64,000 bases of DNA from contig MU056303.1 of assembly GCA_013239625.1 (NCBI GenBank), forward strand, positions 6,504,049 to 6,568,048, given 5' to 3'. The stretch is from Lama guanicoe. Taxonomy: Eukaryota. The first letter of the stretch is position 1. Every line of letters begins with the position of its first letter. The translations under genes were made by a program, and so were the position numbers. The notes under the pieces were generated by a model that worked only from the letters and a program-made list of their open reading frames with translations, was not told where the DNA came from and ran no database searches. Below, piece after piece: positions 1 through 11,022 of the stretch.

Positions 1-875
1 TCTTTAGTTGCCTAGATAAGCTATCTGGTGAGAAAAGGGGCTAACCTTGTGTGCAGGACTGCCCTCTCCCACCCCTGACTCTTTGGGATTCGAGGATGCG
101 TGCATCCTGCGGAAATATCAATAGAGACATGAAATGCTCTGTAGCTGGATGTCGAAGGGCCCTGGCTGAGCAGAGCTGGACCCCAGCCCTGAAGAGGTTC
201 AGAGGATGAACTCCAGCTCCAAAACGACCCTGGGGAGAGGGGGTCCGGCACTGTGGAGTGTGCAGGAAATACCTGGAGACCAGTTAGCCAAAGCACCAGA
301 GTGGTTCAGGGAGGAAAGATGGCAGAAAGAGGAGGGTAAGGGATGATCACACATCAAGATCGTAGATCCAGAAGGGAGGAGACTGGATCTCCTGGAGATG
401 ACACCAGCTGTTGGGTGAGAGCTTTCAGCTTCAATTTCAGGTCATTGCTACCAGCAGTCAGAGGGATGAACCCAGGGTCGGCTCAAACGTCTGCCCTTAA
501 GAGAGCAGATTATGGGACTATTGGAATGTGGCTCAGCTAGGACTTGAGTGGAGAGGCACAGACAGCACCAGACAGGGTGGGTGGGGTGGGATGGGGTAGA
601 GAGAGGTACTTAGACTATTTTTAACTTGGGCTGGGTTGGGGAAGGTGTGGGGAAAGTTGCTTGTGGCACATAAGCCACACTTATGTTGAAAGTCAAAGGA
701 AATCACTATAGGGCAGAAGTCATTTAGAGGGAAAAACGTAATCACTAATGCTGGAACCTTCCATGTATTAATGAAGGTAGGAAGTCCCACCTTAGTCCTT
801 AAGCAGTGCTGTGAGTTGCTCAGGATGAAGTCTCCCAAGGAGTACCCCAGACTTTCCTATTTTCTCCTTCAGGCA

Positions 876-952
876 GAAAAAAAAAAAAAAAAAAAAAAAG
901 AAAGAAAGAAAAAAAAAAAGAAAGAAAGAAAGAAAGAAAAAGAAAAAGAAAG
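876..952. repeat. Poly(A)/(AAAG)n
   Basis: Read directly. Confidence 0.95.
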
Positions 953-1189
953 ACCTTTTTGTTTTCTACCTTTTTTATGAAATCTCTCTCTGCTAAAACT
1001 CAATTTCTTCACCGATGCCTTGGATCCTTTCCTCCCCCACCCATGCTCCTCTCCGGCATTAAGACACATCTTCCACTTTTCCTCTTTAGGATGTGGCTCC
1101 AGCCCTCAATGCTCACTGAAATTGCTCCCTTCCTTCTGGTCTCCAAATATAATAGCCTTTCTAAATCTATCCTTTTCAACCCTTTTGTA

Positions 1190-1561
1190 GATTTATTAGT
1201 CAGGGTTCTCCAGAAAAACAGAATCAACAGCTGGTAAGCTGGAGACTCAGGCAAGAGCTGAAGTTGCAGCTCAAGTCCAAAGGCAGTCTGCTGGTGGGGC
1301 TCCCTCTTCCTCCACGGAGGCCAGACTTGTTTCTTCTTAAGGTCTGAAGACAAGGCCCACCACATGGTGGAAGGTAATCTACTTAACTCAAAGTCTACTG
1401 ATTTAAATGTTAATCTCATCTAAAATACATTTCCACATCTAGAATAATGTCTGAATTACCCCCCCTGCAAAATAAATAAATAAAAATAAAATAGAATAAT
1501 GTCTGACCAGATATCTGGGTACCATACCCGGCCAAACTGACACATAAAATTAACCATCACA
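1190..1561 (-). mobile_element. ERVL LTR, MLT2-like
   Basis: Ends GACACATAAAATTAACCATCACA, the reverse complement of the MLT2 terminus as recalled; also TTAGTCAGGGTTCTCCAGA. Confidence 0.7.
1455..1491 (+). mobile_element. Extremely 5'-truncated retroposon (probably a SINE 3' end) with a 15-bp target-site duplication
   Basis: TAGAATAATGTCTGA at 1440-1454 and 1492-1506 flanks ATTACCCCCCCTGC plus an A-rich tail. Confidence 0.75.
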
Positions 1562-4500
1562 GACTATTGGCAGCTTGTTCTTGAATCTCTCTTCTCCCCT
1601 GGTTTATCTTATCCTACTTACTTCTGATTCTCCTTCTAAACTGCTTTGACTTCTCTTTCTCTAATGGCCTTTCTTATTAAGTATATTTTCTAAATAACAG
1701 ACATTCCCTACCTTTATAGTAGTTAGTGTGAGTGACATTCACTGCTGTGACAACCCACACACCCCACTATCTTAAAACAACCATAGTTTATTTCTCACTC
1801 ATATCACCATCCAGTGTGGGCCGGATAGTTTTCTCTTCCTGATGGTGACTCTGGGACCTAGGGACCTTCCATCTTGTATTACCGCCATCTCCCACAGATG
1901 GCTTTAAATTTGCTGTAAAATGGAAGAGAAAATGGAAGCTCATGCATGGAAGAATTTTAAGGGCTGGGCTGGTATACAGCACTTTGACCCATGTTCCATT
2001 GGCCAGAGCCCCTAATAGCAAAGGGGCTTGAAAATAAAATTAGCTATGTGCCCTGAACGGAGTGGGAAGCCCAGATCAGCTGGCACAGGCATTCTCTGGA
2101 CAGGCCACCTTTCTGGTCACCTAATACCTGTTTGCTCCCTTCTCTTTGCACATAAAACACGTTCACTCCTCCCCAGGGAGGCCTCTCAAAGTCCCACCCA
2201 CTGTGGAGCTCAGAGTCCAGGCTCTCTCTGTGATTCTGTCTCCCATCAGGTCTGGAAGTGGCTCCAGTCTCAAATGGGGGCACCTGGATCAGATAATCAC
2301 AATGGCAATGCCCATTCAGGACACCCTTGTCCATTATACTCCAGGCTGTGTCCTTTAGGAGGTTCTTTGTGCCCCCCCACCCTCCTGGGACACATCTCAA
2401 GCAGATGCTGGGGGATGAGCCTTTCCTGGGGGGCAGCCCATTGCCTCCTGGAGAAAGATTGTGTTTCAGCTCCAACAGTCAAGATGAAAGATAAAGTTCT
2501 TGGTATTGGTTTGTTTGTTTGCCCTGGAAGTCCTTCAGTTTTAGCAAAGTGACCACACCCAGAGTTTTTTCCTAGACATAGTTCCCAAACTGGCTCGATT
2601 TTTATGTTCGCGCTCCCCTGTGCCTCTCTCTGCCTCTCAAAGGGCAGGCGGCCTTGAGGCTACAACACTTGACTGAGAAGGTCACATCCTTCATCTGACC
2701 TTTCCATGGGTCTTTGCTGCGGAGAAGCCTTCTGGTATTATTTTCTGCTGTTTGAGATCTAGAAGCAGTTGGTGTTTGCTCTTTTTCAAGATCACCACCA
2801 TAGCACCAATACTGCACAGGAGTAAAGTATTTTTGAAAAGATGAGAGAGCTAGTCCAAGATCTTTCATAGGAGTGTTCCAGCAAATTTGGCCATAAGGGA
2901 AAATCTAAATCCCATTTTTCTATTGGCTTCAATTTAAAATAAGAAATAGAATTTCCTGGTGGTGGAGGAATGGGGAATCCATCAACAGTTCTCAGTTGAA
3001 GACTTGTCCAGAGAAGCATTAAGTTGGACTTTTTTGCCCCATTCTCTGAACTCTGTGAGCACTTCGTGATTTTTAAGTTTCCTATTTTTTTTGCTTCTCC
3101 CATGTTTGTGAATTCTTGCCTCACTTTACATTTACCAATTATGGCATTTTGGAGTAAGAGGTGCCTTGCAATGACACTCTTTACAAGTGGGAGATGCTAT
3201 AGAATACGAACTCTTATAACCTGAGAAATCTTTAAAAGAGACTTCATATTGTCAAACCAATACCATATTTTGTGAACTCTGTAAGGGTGAAGTTCTGAGA
3301 AAAGCAATTCAATTACAACGGATGCTTCAGAGCTTGGATAAAACTTCCACATTAATAAAGACTTAGCGAAGACCGATTACTTAGATTATTCATCTGAATC
3401 AGTTATAAATTCAGGAAGAAAGTGACTGACTTCATTTGGAGCTGGATGTAGATGAAAATTGAAGGAGCCTTAATTATTTCTAAGAAGTGGCCTCTTTTAG
3501 CCAAACCATCCACTAGACAACAGAAAGCAGACAGGGATCCCTGCCGAAATCCCCCAATTTAGATGACTGCAAATAGGATTGGAAAAATCCTGGCATCGTG
3601 GTGGTGAGGAAATACACAGACTGAAATGGAAAGATGAGAGCCAATGGGGCATAACTGCTTTAGAGGAAGATGTTCTCCAAAAAATTGGTGCATAGGAATC
3701 TCCTTAGAGCAGGCCTGCAGAAGGCTGGGTTTTTTAAGTAATAAGAAGAGTCCTAATGACCGTTCTAGCTACACTCTGGATGGAGACCTAGAGGATTGTT
3801 TCTTTGTTTCTTTGTTTCTCATTCAAAACTGGAAGGAACAAAATTTAGAACAATCTTGACCGATGTCTACAATGCACTTAAGAGATAAAACTCCAGAGAA
3901 AAAAAATTTAAACCCTGAGTTTAGTTTCGCCATCAGTTGCACAAACAGTGGATGAAACTTAGTGATTCAGAAAAAAAGATCTAGTTGGCCTTTGGCTATG
4001 CATGGCTTTCATTTATTTCTTAAGCAAATCTATTTTGAATATGTAGCCAGGAGCTGTGTTAGTGCCAGAATGGGTTCACTTTCCTCATGAATGTTACAGT
4101 TTTGAAAAGCATCAAAAATAGGGTAAGACTGCTTAAAAAAAAAAAAGGGGGGAATCTTAAATTGTGCTCATTGAAATATTAATTCACGTAATTTGCCAAG
4201 TGTTTATTAAGCACCCACTGCATGCTGGGCCACGTCTTAGAGAATGGGAACCCGAAGCTGAATAAAATAGGGGAAACACTTGAACTGTAATCTGATCAAT
4301 CTTGGTATCGTTTGCTCAGTCAGGATTTCTCTCTTTTCCATTGCCATAAAGACAGAGTAGCAAAAATATCTTTGAAGTCTTTCCTTTTATTTATGAAACG
4401 ATATACAAGTTGCATGCCATAGCACAATGAAATAATATTTGTTTTAATATAAAAATAACGGTTTTCCTGGATTAGGGGTGGGGCACTGACCAGCTGGAGG

Positions 4501-4650
4501 AATGTGGCAGAGAACTCTGCACTGGTACTTTTTGTCCTGTTTGATTTTTTTTTTCCTTTTTGTTTTCTACCTTTTTTTTCTTTGTACTGTTTGATATTTT
4601 AAAAATACATGCAAAAAAATACTTTGATGAAGAAAAATTCATTTGTTATG

Positions 4651-4777
4651 GTGGCGGAGGTTATAGCTCAGTGGTAGAGTGCATGCTTAGCATGCATGAG
4701 GTCCTGGGTTCAATTCCCAGCATCTCTATTAAACATTTTTTTAATTAAAAATTTTTTTAAATTAAGGACTCCCCCAA

Positions 4778-4816
<39 letters not shown>

Positions 4817-4833
4817 AAATAGTTTAAAATAAA
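4651..4833 (+). mobile_element. tRNA-Ala(AGC)-derived SINE (camelid vic-1-like) with (AAAT)n tail
   Basis: A box TAGCTCAGTGG, B box GGTTCAATTCC, anticodon-loop-like CTTAGCA, A-rich tail, and an imperfect AAGAAAA-TT-ATTT flanking duplication. Confidence 0.85.
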
Positions 4834-5139
4834 AAGAAAATTTATTTAGGAATAAAAACAATAGTTTAAATGACTTTGAGACATATGCTTCTAATTAGAA
4901 ATTTGCAGAGCTTTATACTTGCTTTCACAACTGTCTATTGTGGTGCATTAGATGCACTTATATCTAGGTTAAAAAATTTTTAAATAGTGTCTTTTGAAAG
5001 AGTGCTAATGAAAGTATCACTTCCTAATATTATTATACAGCTTTAAATATTTCCATTGATATTATATTTTTGCTTTTCTTTCCCCATCACATTATCATTC
5101 CATTGAGGATAAGGCTCGCTCGCTGTCTCTCTCTCCAAT

Positions 5140-5265
5140 CTGTCATCTGTTCTGTCATCTTCTATATCTGTCCACCTACTTATCTCTAACTCTGTATCTA
5201 TCTATCATCTATCTATTTATCTATCTACCTATCTATCTATCTATTTATCTAACATCTATCTATAG
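5140..5265. repeat. (TATC)n microsatellite, degenerate
   Basis: Read directly. Confidence 0.9.
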
Positions 5266-5339
5266 CTAACTATACCCTATCTACACCATGCAATATTTGG
5301 GCAATATATAATAGTCATCTACCTAATGCTGTTTTAAAT

Positions 5340-6200
5340 TTAAATTTTCTATTAAAGTATAGTTGATTTACAATATTATGATAGCTTCAGGTGTACAGCA
5401 TAGTGATACAGTATTTTTAACTATCTATATTTTAGTGAGAGGAAGACATTCTTTAGCAAGACAGGAGACCTAGAAACTATAAAGAAAAAGATAGACAAAT
5501 TTCACTACATAAAAACTTTTAAGAGCCTCCATAATCAAATATAAAAGGCACCCCCGATAACTTGGTAAAAACATTTGCAGCACACGTAGGATTACTTAAT
5601 TTATTTAAAGAACTCCTATACATTGGTAGGAAAAAAGGATGAATAACTCAATAAAATGAACAAACGATATAAAGAGGCAAGTCACAGAAGAGGAAACTTT
5701 AAAAATGAATGGTTGATTGTACGTCAACTATACTTCAATTGAAAAAATATGATGTTGTAAAGCAAATACATAAATAAATAGCAATTTAAAAAATGAATAG
5801 TTGAAAACAATAAACAGACAGAGATTAAGGCAGCAAAATGCCAGTTCCACCCACTGAGTGGCAGCAATTCAAAAGGACAACAGTCCTGGCTAGCAGTCAC
5901 GTGGGACATGGGTCTTCTCAGAGACAGTGGGAGTTGCTGCTACCTTTTGGGAAAATCATCAGGCGGTGTATATTACCCTTAACCTGACACTCTTTTAATC
6001 CCAATTTGAGAATCTCCCATACCAATAAAGGCACCAACATATTAGGATACAGGCAGAAGGCTGTTCGTTGTGGCACAGCTTTAGTAACAGAAAAAGCTGG
6101 AAAAGGAGAACAGCCAAATAAAACATGTAGCTACTGAAAAGATCTATCTATGCGTTGACTTGGAGGGCTGTCCATAATCGTTTATTAAATGGAAAAGAGC
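5340..6200. mobile_element. L1 fragments (3'-end pieces and older L1M-like sequence)
   Basis: AAAGTATAGTTGATTTACAATATT...GGTGTACAGCATAGTGAT and A-rich L1-like text. Confidence 0.6.
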
Positions 6201-7016
6201 ATGTTGCAAAGTAATAGATATAATCTGAGTTTATATTTATTTTAAAGAGAAAAGAAAAAAGAAAAATCTCATATATAGGTAATATTATTATGCATATGTA
6301 ATGTACACATGCATTCTAAATACAGATGTACGTATAAATAGACACTCTTTAGAAGCATGAGATTTAGAAAGGAACTAAAAAAAGACAGGAAGAAAAAAAA
6401 TTAAAGTAAGAGAGAGAGAAGGAACATTGATTTCTCACTAAATATTAACTTTTCTGTCTAAATCTTTGAGTAAAACTAGAGCCCACTGCTTCCGTGTCTT
6501 TGTGTATAGCCAGCACACCATAGCCTGCCCCTGGGTCAGTGCAAACCAATTTGAGAAGCACAGTTTGTTACAACATAATATAAAAGTCAGCAGAGGGTGC
6601 CTTGGGGATGCAGGGAGTTTCATATCAAATCACATGTGGTGACTGTCTCACTGCCCTCCCACCTGGCCAGCCAAAGCTGATGTCTTGTGGTTGTTCCTAA
6701 AGCCACGCTAGAGGGACAATGATGAAATGGAGCACCTCGGGGCAGGGATGAGCTCACTCTGTGTGAAGGAAACGCATTCAAGTTGAGATGGAATCTTTGT
6801 TTTCATATGCTTGAAGAGCTGTCTCACAGAGGACAAATAAGTTATAAAAAAGCAGATTTCAGCTCAGTGTAAACAAAAACCTGTTAAGATTCCCTTGACC
6901 CCAGTTTTCTCTTCTATAAAGTGAGAGTAATACCACATTCTCTAACAATGACATAGAGATGCAGTAAGCATCAGATAGGGCGAAGTGTAAGCTAGGAATT
7001 CAGAAACTGGAAGGTT

Positions 7017-7189
7017 GTGGTCCTCAACATTGGCCGTGCATTACAACTACTTGGAGGGTGTAAGAAATCCTGGTGCTCTTTCTACCTGCACCCCAGATCA
7101 CCTCAATCATGACCTCTGGAGGTGGGATTCAGGCATGGGTACGTTTTAAATCAGGTAATTCTATTGTACAGTTCCATTGAGAACCACTG
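7017..7189. mobile_element. MER5A-like hAT-Charlie MITE
   Basis: GTGGTCCTCAA...TTGAGAACCACTG terminal inverted repeats. Confidence 0.65.
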
Positions 7190-7340
7190 ACCAAAATAAT
7201 TATTCGTTGGATCCCAGGTGGTTGTGGGAAAAGTAGATTTGACCTGAGCAGATCTGGGGGCCAATTAGAAAAAAACAAAAAAAAAATTAGTCTAAGAACG
7301 AGAGCTAAAGGTTAGAATTGACCACCTCTGGAGTGAGATT

Positions 7341-7669
7341 CAGTCAACCCTCAGTATCTGCAGATTCCAAATCTGTGAATTCAACCAACCACAGAACCAA
7401 AAAAAAAAAAAAATCCAGAACATTTCAAAGAGCACAGCTTGAATTTACTAAGATCCTGGCAACTATTTACATAGTATTTACATTGCATTTACAAGTATTT
7501 ACATATCACTTACAATGTATTACATGTTAGAAGCAATCTAGAGATGACCTAGAGTATACAGATGTGAGTAGGTTTTATGCCATTTTCTGTAAGGGATTTG
7601 AGCATCCTTGGATTTTGGTATCTGCGGGGGTCCTGGAACCAATCCCCAGTGGATACCGAGGGACGACTG
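7341..7669. mobile_element. Tigger/MER2-like MITE
   Basis: Terminal inverted repeats CAGTCAACCCTCAGTATC / GATACCGAGGGACGACTG. Confidence 0.75.
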
Positions 7670-9782
7670 CATAGACCACACAGGCAATCAACAGCATGAT
7701 TAACAGTGAAGATGGTTTAAGTAATATTTGCCTCCTTATAGGTCCACGATAAGCAACTCAGGGGAGGCTAGCTTTGTATCTTTCCCCAAAGAGATCCTAT
7801 TTGGGAAGGTAAGGGAAACACAGTTGATGGAGTGAATGTTTCTGGACTTTAGGAAGGCCTTGGACAAGCAGTCAGAATGCCTCTGCATTAGCTGTAAGCT
7901 AATTTTTATTGTGAATAATTCTGTTCATGATTTTTTCACCAGCCTATAATTGACAAAATATATCCAAATAATAATTAGAGCCTGGAGAGTGGTTCTTAAT
8001 TACAGGCCATGAAGTACTTACTGCTCTCGTCCATTTCTAGCTTGTTCCCTTTCTATCAGTGGTGGTTAAGCTGCCACGTTGGTGGTGCTGAGCTGGACCG
8101 GGGTGGGGGTGGGGGTGGGGGTGGTGCAGAACAAAGATATCATACAGGAGGGGAGAGACGGTGGGCGAAGCATAAAGAGATGAAGAGATCAATGCAAAGC
8201 TCTTTTCTTTCCCCCTTCTCCCTCCCTGATGATCCCCCACTCCAAGAGAAAAAAATCAAGCTTAAAAACCCCAAACCCGACTGCCTAAGTCCATGATGAA
8301 AGAAAAATGATTAAACAGCAGTGTCTGCCAAAAAGATGATGAAGTCTATATGAATCAGCCAAGTGACTCAGCAGCTAAATAAAAGCTTATCTTGAGTGTT
8401 TGGGCAAAGGGAACAGGTGGTCCTGCTCTGCTCTGTGGTCAGTTCCCCTGGTATTGGCAGGCTCAGGGTTCAAGAGAGGCAAGGTCCACAAGGCCAAAGG
8501 GCTGGGGGGATCTCTTGCAGACAATGCCAGAGCCGGCCACGATAAGCCCGGGGAATCACTGAGAGGAGTGACGAGCTGCCTTCAAATATCTGAAGGGCTA
8601 GCAGCGGGGAGAGGGTTTGGGTTTTCTCTATGTGGTTCCAGAGGACAGAGCGGGCTTGGAGCTATTCCTTGCAGGAGCCAGACTTTGACTCCACAGACTC
8701 TATCGACTGCTAACTCTACTGACAGCTTTACTAGACAACTGCTTGTAAGAGGTAGTGAGGTCTCCATTATCGAGGGCAGTCAAACAGAGGCAAGACGACC
8801 ACCTTGTGGGAATGTGGCAATGGTGGGGGAGGGGGAATTAAGAATCAAGTGTTGTGTGAGGGCTGCACCCACTGGCCTCAGAGATCTACTTAGACTATTC
8901 AAAATCCAGTGATGCCTTTATGGCATGCTCTTCCTTACATTTTAGTCTTCTGAAACTTGTTTGTTTATCGGTGAGCTGGAGTGATCAAGACATCATTCCC
9001 AGAGGACCACAGTCATGGCTGAGAATCATGTTATTTTCTTCCAACCCTTCCTGCCTCTCCTCCTTTCCCCTACTTCAGCCAATTAAGACAGATCTCCTTG
9101 TCCATCCTCCAAAATCTAATTTTTAAAAATATAATTATCACAGATGATGCCTCTTGTGCAGAATGATGGGAGAGCCACAGAACAGAAAAGTTGCAAGGAC
9201 CATGCTCAAAAAGAATTCTTCTGGCCTCGACCATTGATAGAATGTTAAGGAGGAGGCAGTTTCCAGAGAAAATGTAGCTGTTACTGATAAGTAGACATTT
9301 TAAGGAAGATAAAGTGAAGGCTTAGGGGAGAAATAATGTTCCAAATTCTCTCTGGATTTTTTTTTTCCTTCTGGGTTGATGATCTTCTCACAGTTGGTGT
9401 TGACTCAAGTTAGGTTGAAGACAATACAGTCCAGATTCCTCATTGTCCAGAAAGAAGAAACTGAGAACCGAGCACCGGGGGTGGAGGTGGGGGTTAAAGT
9501 CATTGGTCCAACCAAGGTCACCAGAGCCTCCTGGCAGAGCATGTAGTCAGAACTGCACGCTGCAATCTCCGGTCCCCCCACCCCCTACCCCCAACCTTCA
9601 CAAGCCTGGGAGCCCCCTCTGTGTTCCTTCCTGAAAAGGGTGGGGTCCTAGTTGCCCCTGGACTTTGGCCAACCAGGATCTGGGCCTTAGGCTGCATCTC
9701 GAAAGTTGTGAGCAGAAAAACTCAGCCCCTGGCTGTATAGTTCTGCTCTAAGCCCTTCATTTCATTGGTTTTCAGCTGGCCA

Positions 9783-9815
9783 CCCAAACCTAAACCCAAA
9801 CCCAAACCCAAACCC
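9783..9815. repeat. (AAACCC)n hexamer repeat
   Basis: Read directly. Confidence 0.9.
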
Positions 9816-10068
9816 AAGAACCACCTTCCAACTCCTTGACCTTTCTCCTGGTGCTCAAACATCCTCAGGGTCAGAATGTGAAGCTCTGCTTTTCCCCCAA
9901 GAAGTAGCCATATCTGAGGGGCTTCTGGGCTGGGGCGCTCCCTTCCAGAGGGCGGTGTGACAGCTTCCATCCCTTTGACACAGCAAAGTCCCCTCCGAAA
10001 GGGAGTCCAGAAACAAGCCTCCTTCTGCCAGTAGAGGAAACTGGGAGACCAGTGAGCCCCCTTGCAAA

Positions 10069-10230
10069 CAGGACCAGTAGCATAATTTGCGAGGCTCCGT
10101 GCAAAGTGAAAACACGGGGCCCCTTGTTCAAAAACTATTAAGAATTTCAGGACCTGGGCAGAGCGCATCAAACCAAGTGTGGGGTTTCGAGGTCCCAACT
10201 CAAGAAGCCCAGCCTGCTTGGCTGGGTCCC
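10069..10230 (-). mobile_element. MER45A-like DNA transposon relic upstream of the CLU promoter
   Basis: GGGGCCCCTTGTTCAAAAACTATTAAGAATTTCA resembles the MER45A core as recalled. Confidence 0.55.
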
Positions 10231-10847
10231 AAGTGGACTGAGACAATACCTGTTTAAAGTCCAGGAATGAAGGAGCCAGGGGGCACTTCTAGTTCCCCAA
10301 ATGGATGCTCTGTTCATCCCCAACATGCATCTCTGTTTCCTCCCTGTCAGCAGGTCTGCCAAGGGACCACCAGGTCGCTGTGGTGGTTCTAGAAGCTGGC
10401 ATTTCATCCTTCCCATGTTTTCCCCTCCAACGCAGTATGCCTCTCCATCACACCCTCATTAATCCTGAAGCTGTTCTACTTAAACGCAACCAGAGGGGTG
10501 GCGCATGTTTAATGCGAAAGATTAACGTTCGACCGGGCAGCAGAACCGTGAGATTTTATTTGGGACTAGGCACCAGCCAGGGGCGCAGTGCATCCCTCCA
10601 CCCCTGCGGAGCGGGGAGCCCCTGTGCAGGCTAACTCGGGCTCTCGCCTCCTGGGGGCGCCGTGCCCCAGCTCTGAGCCCCCAGGGAGCGCCGAGCGGGG
10701 CGCGGGGCGCGCCGGCACTGCAGGGTCTGTCCCCGCTGGAGCCTTTCGCGGTGCCCATGCGCCCCCCCGCGCCCCCCGCCGGGTGCTGCACCGGACCTCC
10801 CCGCCTCCTCGCCCCCTCCGCACCTCCGCAGCCCCTCCCGCGCCAGC

Positions 10848-10861
10848 TTCCAGAAAGCTCC
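10848..10861 (+). promoter_or_regulatory. Clusterin element (CLE), an HSE-like HSF site
   Basis: TTCCAGAAAGCTCC, the conserved element known from vertebrate CLU promoters. Confidence 0.85.
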
Positions 10862-10889
10862 CGGTGCTTTCCACGGCATTCTTTGGGCG

Positions 10890-10896
10890 TGAGTCA
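10890..10896 (+). promoter_or_regulatory. AP-1 site
   Basis: Perfect TGAGTCA between the CLE and the TATA box. Confidence 0.8.
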
Positions 10897-10944
10897 TGCA
10901 GGTTTGCAGCCAGCCCCACAGTGGGTGGATCCCGGGCAGAGCGT

Positions 10945-10951
10945 TATAAAT
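10945..10951 (+). promoter_or_regulatory. CLU TATA box
   Basis: TATAAAT inside the CpG island, upstream of exon 1. Confidence 0.85.
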
Positions 10952-10974
10952 GCAGGCGCCTCACGGCGCTCCGC

Positions 10975-11022
10975 ACGCGGCGTCGCTAGGAGGAGCGCGC
11001 AGGCACCGGGCACCGCTGACCG
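10975..11022 (+). other. CLU: CLU exon 1 (non-coding; start approximate)
   Basis: Lies about 25-30 nt after TATAAAT; ends CCGCTGACCG|gtgagc, resembling the human exon 1 end as I recall it. Confidence 0.8.

Noticed and set aside
771-1069. Poly-Lys and poly-Phe ORFs
   Set aside because: They are translations of the (AAAG)n microsatellite.
4655-4727. Functional tRNA-Ala gene (also at 17195-17267 and 42282-42355)
   Set aside because: Poor acceptor-stem pairing, a shared non-tRNA 3' body, A-rich tails and divergent copies indicate SINEs.
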